From positions 4,094,001 to 4,158,000 of the forward strand of contig NC_045698.1 in the NCBI RefSeq assembly GCF_009834535.1: a stretch of 64,000 bases of DNA. Reading direction: 5' to 3'. Position 1 is the stretch's first letter, and each line of letters begins with the position of its first letter. The DNA is from Camelus ferus (lineage: Eukaryota). Positions 63,813 to 64,000 of this stretch are shown piece by piece. Below the pieces are notes generated by a model. It was not told the origin of the DNA, did not search any database, and was given only the letters and a program-made list of their open reading frames with translations. The position numbers and the translations under genes are program-made.

Positions 63813-64000
63813 TAAGTTTGCCTCTCCAAGGCTGAAACCACAGACACATCATTCAGTGTACCTGATGCTGAGATCTCTTGTCTCCCAGACCTTCGCTCCA
63901 GCCCAGTCTGCCTGATCCAGACGCTTTGCCCCTGAATTCTGCAGCTCTGCTTAGCCCATTTGGGCTGAAAGCTTGGCTGGACTCTACCTGGATGAGACGC

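Noticed and set aside
1..64000. Protein-coding genes from the ORF track (e.g. 18972-19574, 25496-26065, 26259-26780, 51019-51555, 59841-60398)
   Set aside because: None has a recognisable domain. They show the P/S/G/R-rich composition of GC-rich non-coding DNA, overlap ORFs on both strands, often start at non-ATG codons and form no consistent exon chain.

Overview
This is mammalian genomic DNA, most likely camelid. That call is an inference from cetartiodactyl-type young L1 3' ends and the absence of recognisable Alu, B1, Bov-tA, PRE1 or CAN SINEs. The window looks intergenic or deep-intronic. I found no protein-coding exon I can support: the ORF track is explained by GC-rich noise, simple repeats and decayed L1 ORF2. 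Much of the window is interspersed repeat: old L1M, L2, MIR, MaLR (MLT1) LTRs, hAT MITEs (MER5, MER20, MER58), younger L1 3' ends and three ERV1-type solo LTRs. Repeat family names come from recalled consensus motifs rather than a search, so subfamilies and most boundaries are approximate. The most notable observations are: (1) a solo LTR with exact termini and a 4-bp TSD carrying nine regularly spaced inverted CCAAT boxes plus octamer, TATA and polyA signal; (2) a 30-bp L1 ORF2 fragment flanked by 18-bp direct repeats; (3) a chimeric L1 3'-end insertion nested in an older L1; (4) a probable 3'UTR retrocopy; (5) a minisatellite containing GLI motifs; (6) several repeat-free, homeodomain-motif-rich blocks, some with palindromes, that look like enhancers; (7) a few isolated exon-like segments with no recognisable coding potential. 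I see no convincing novel multi-gene system.
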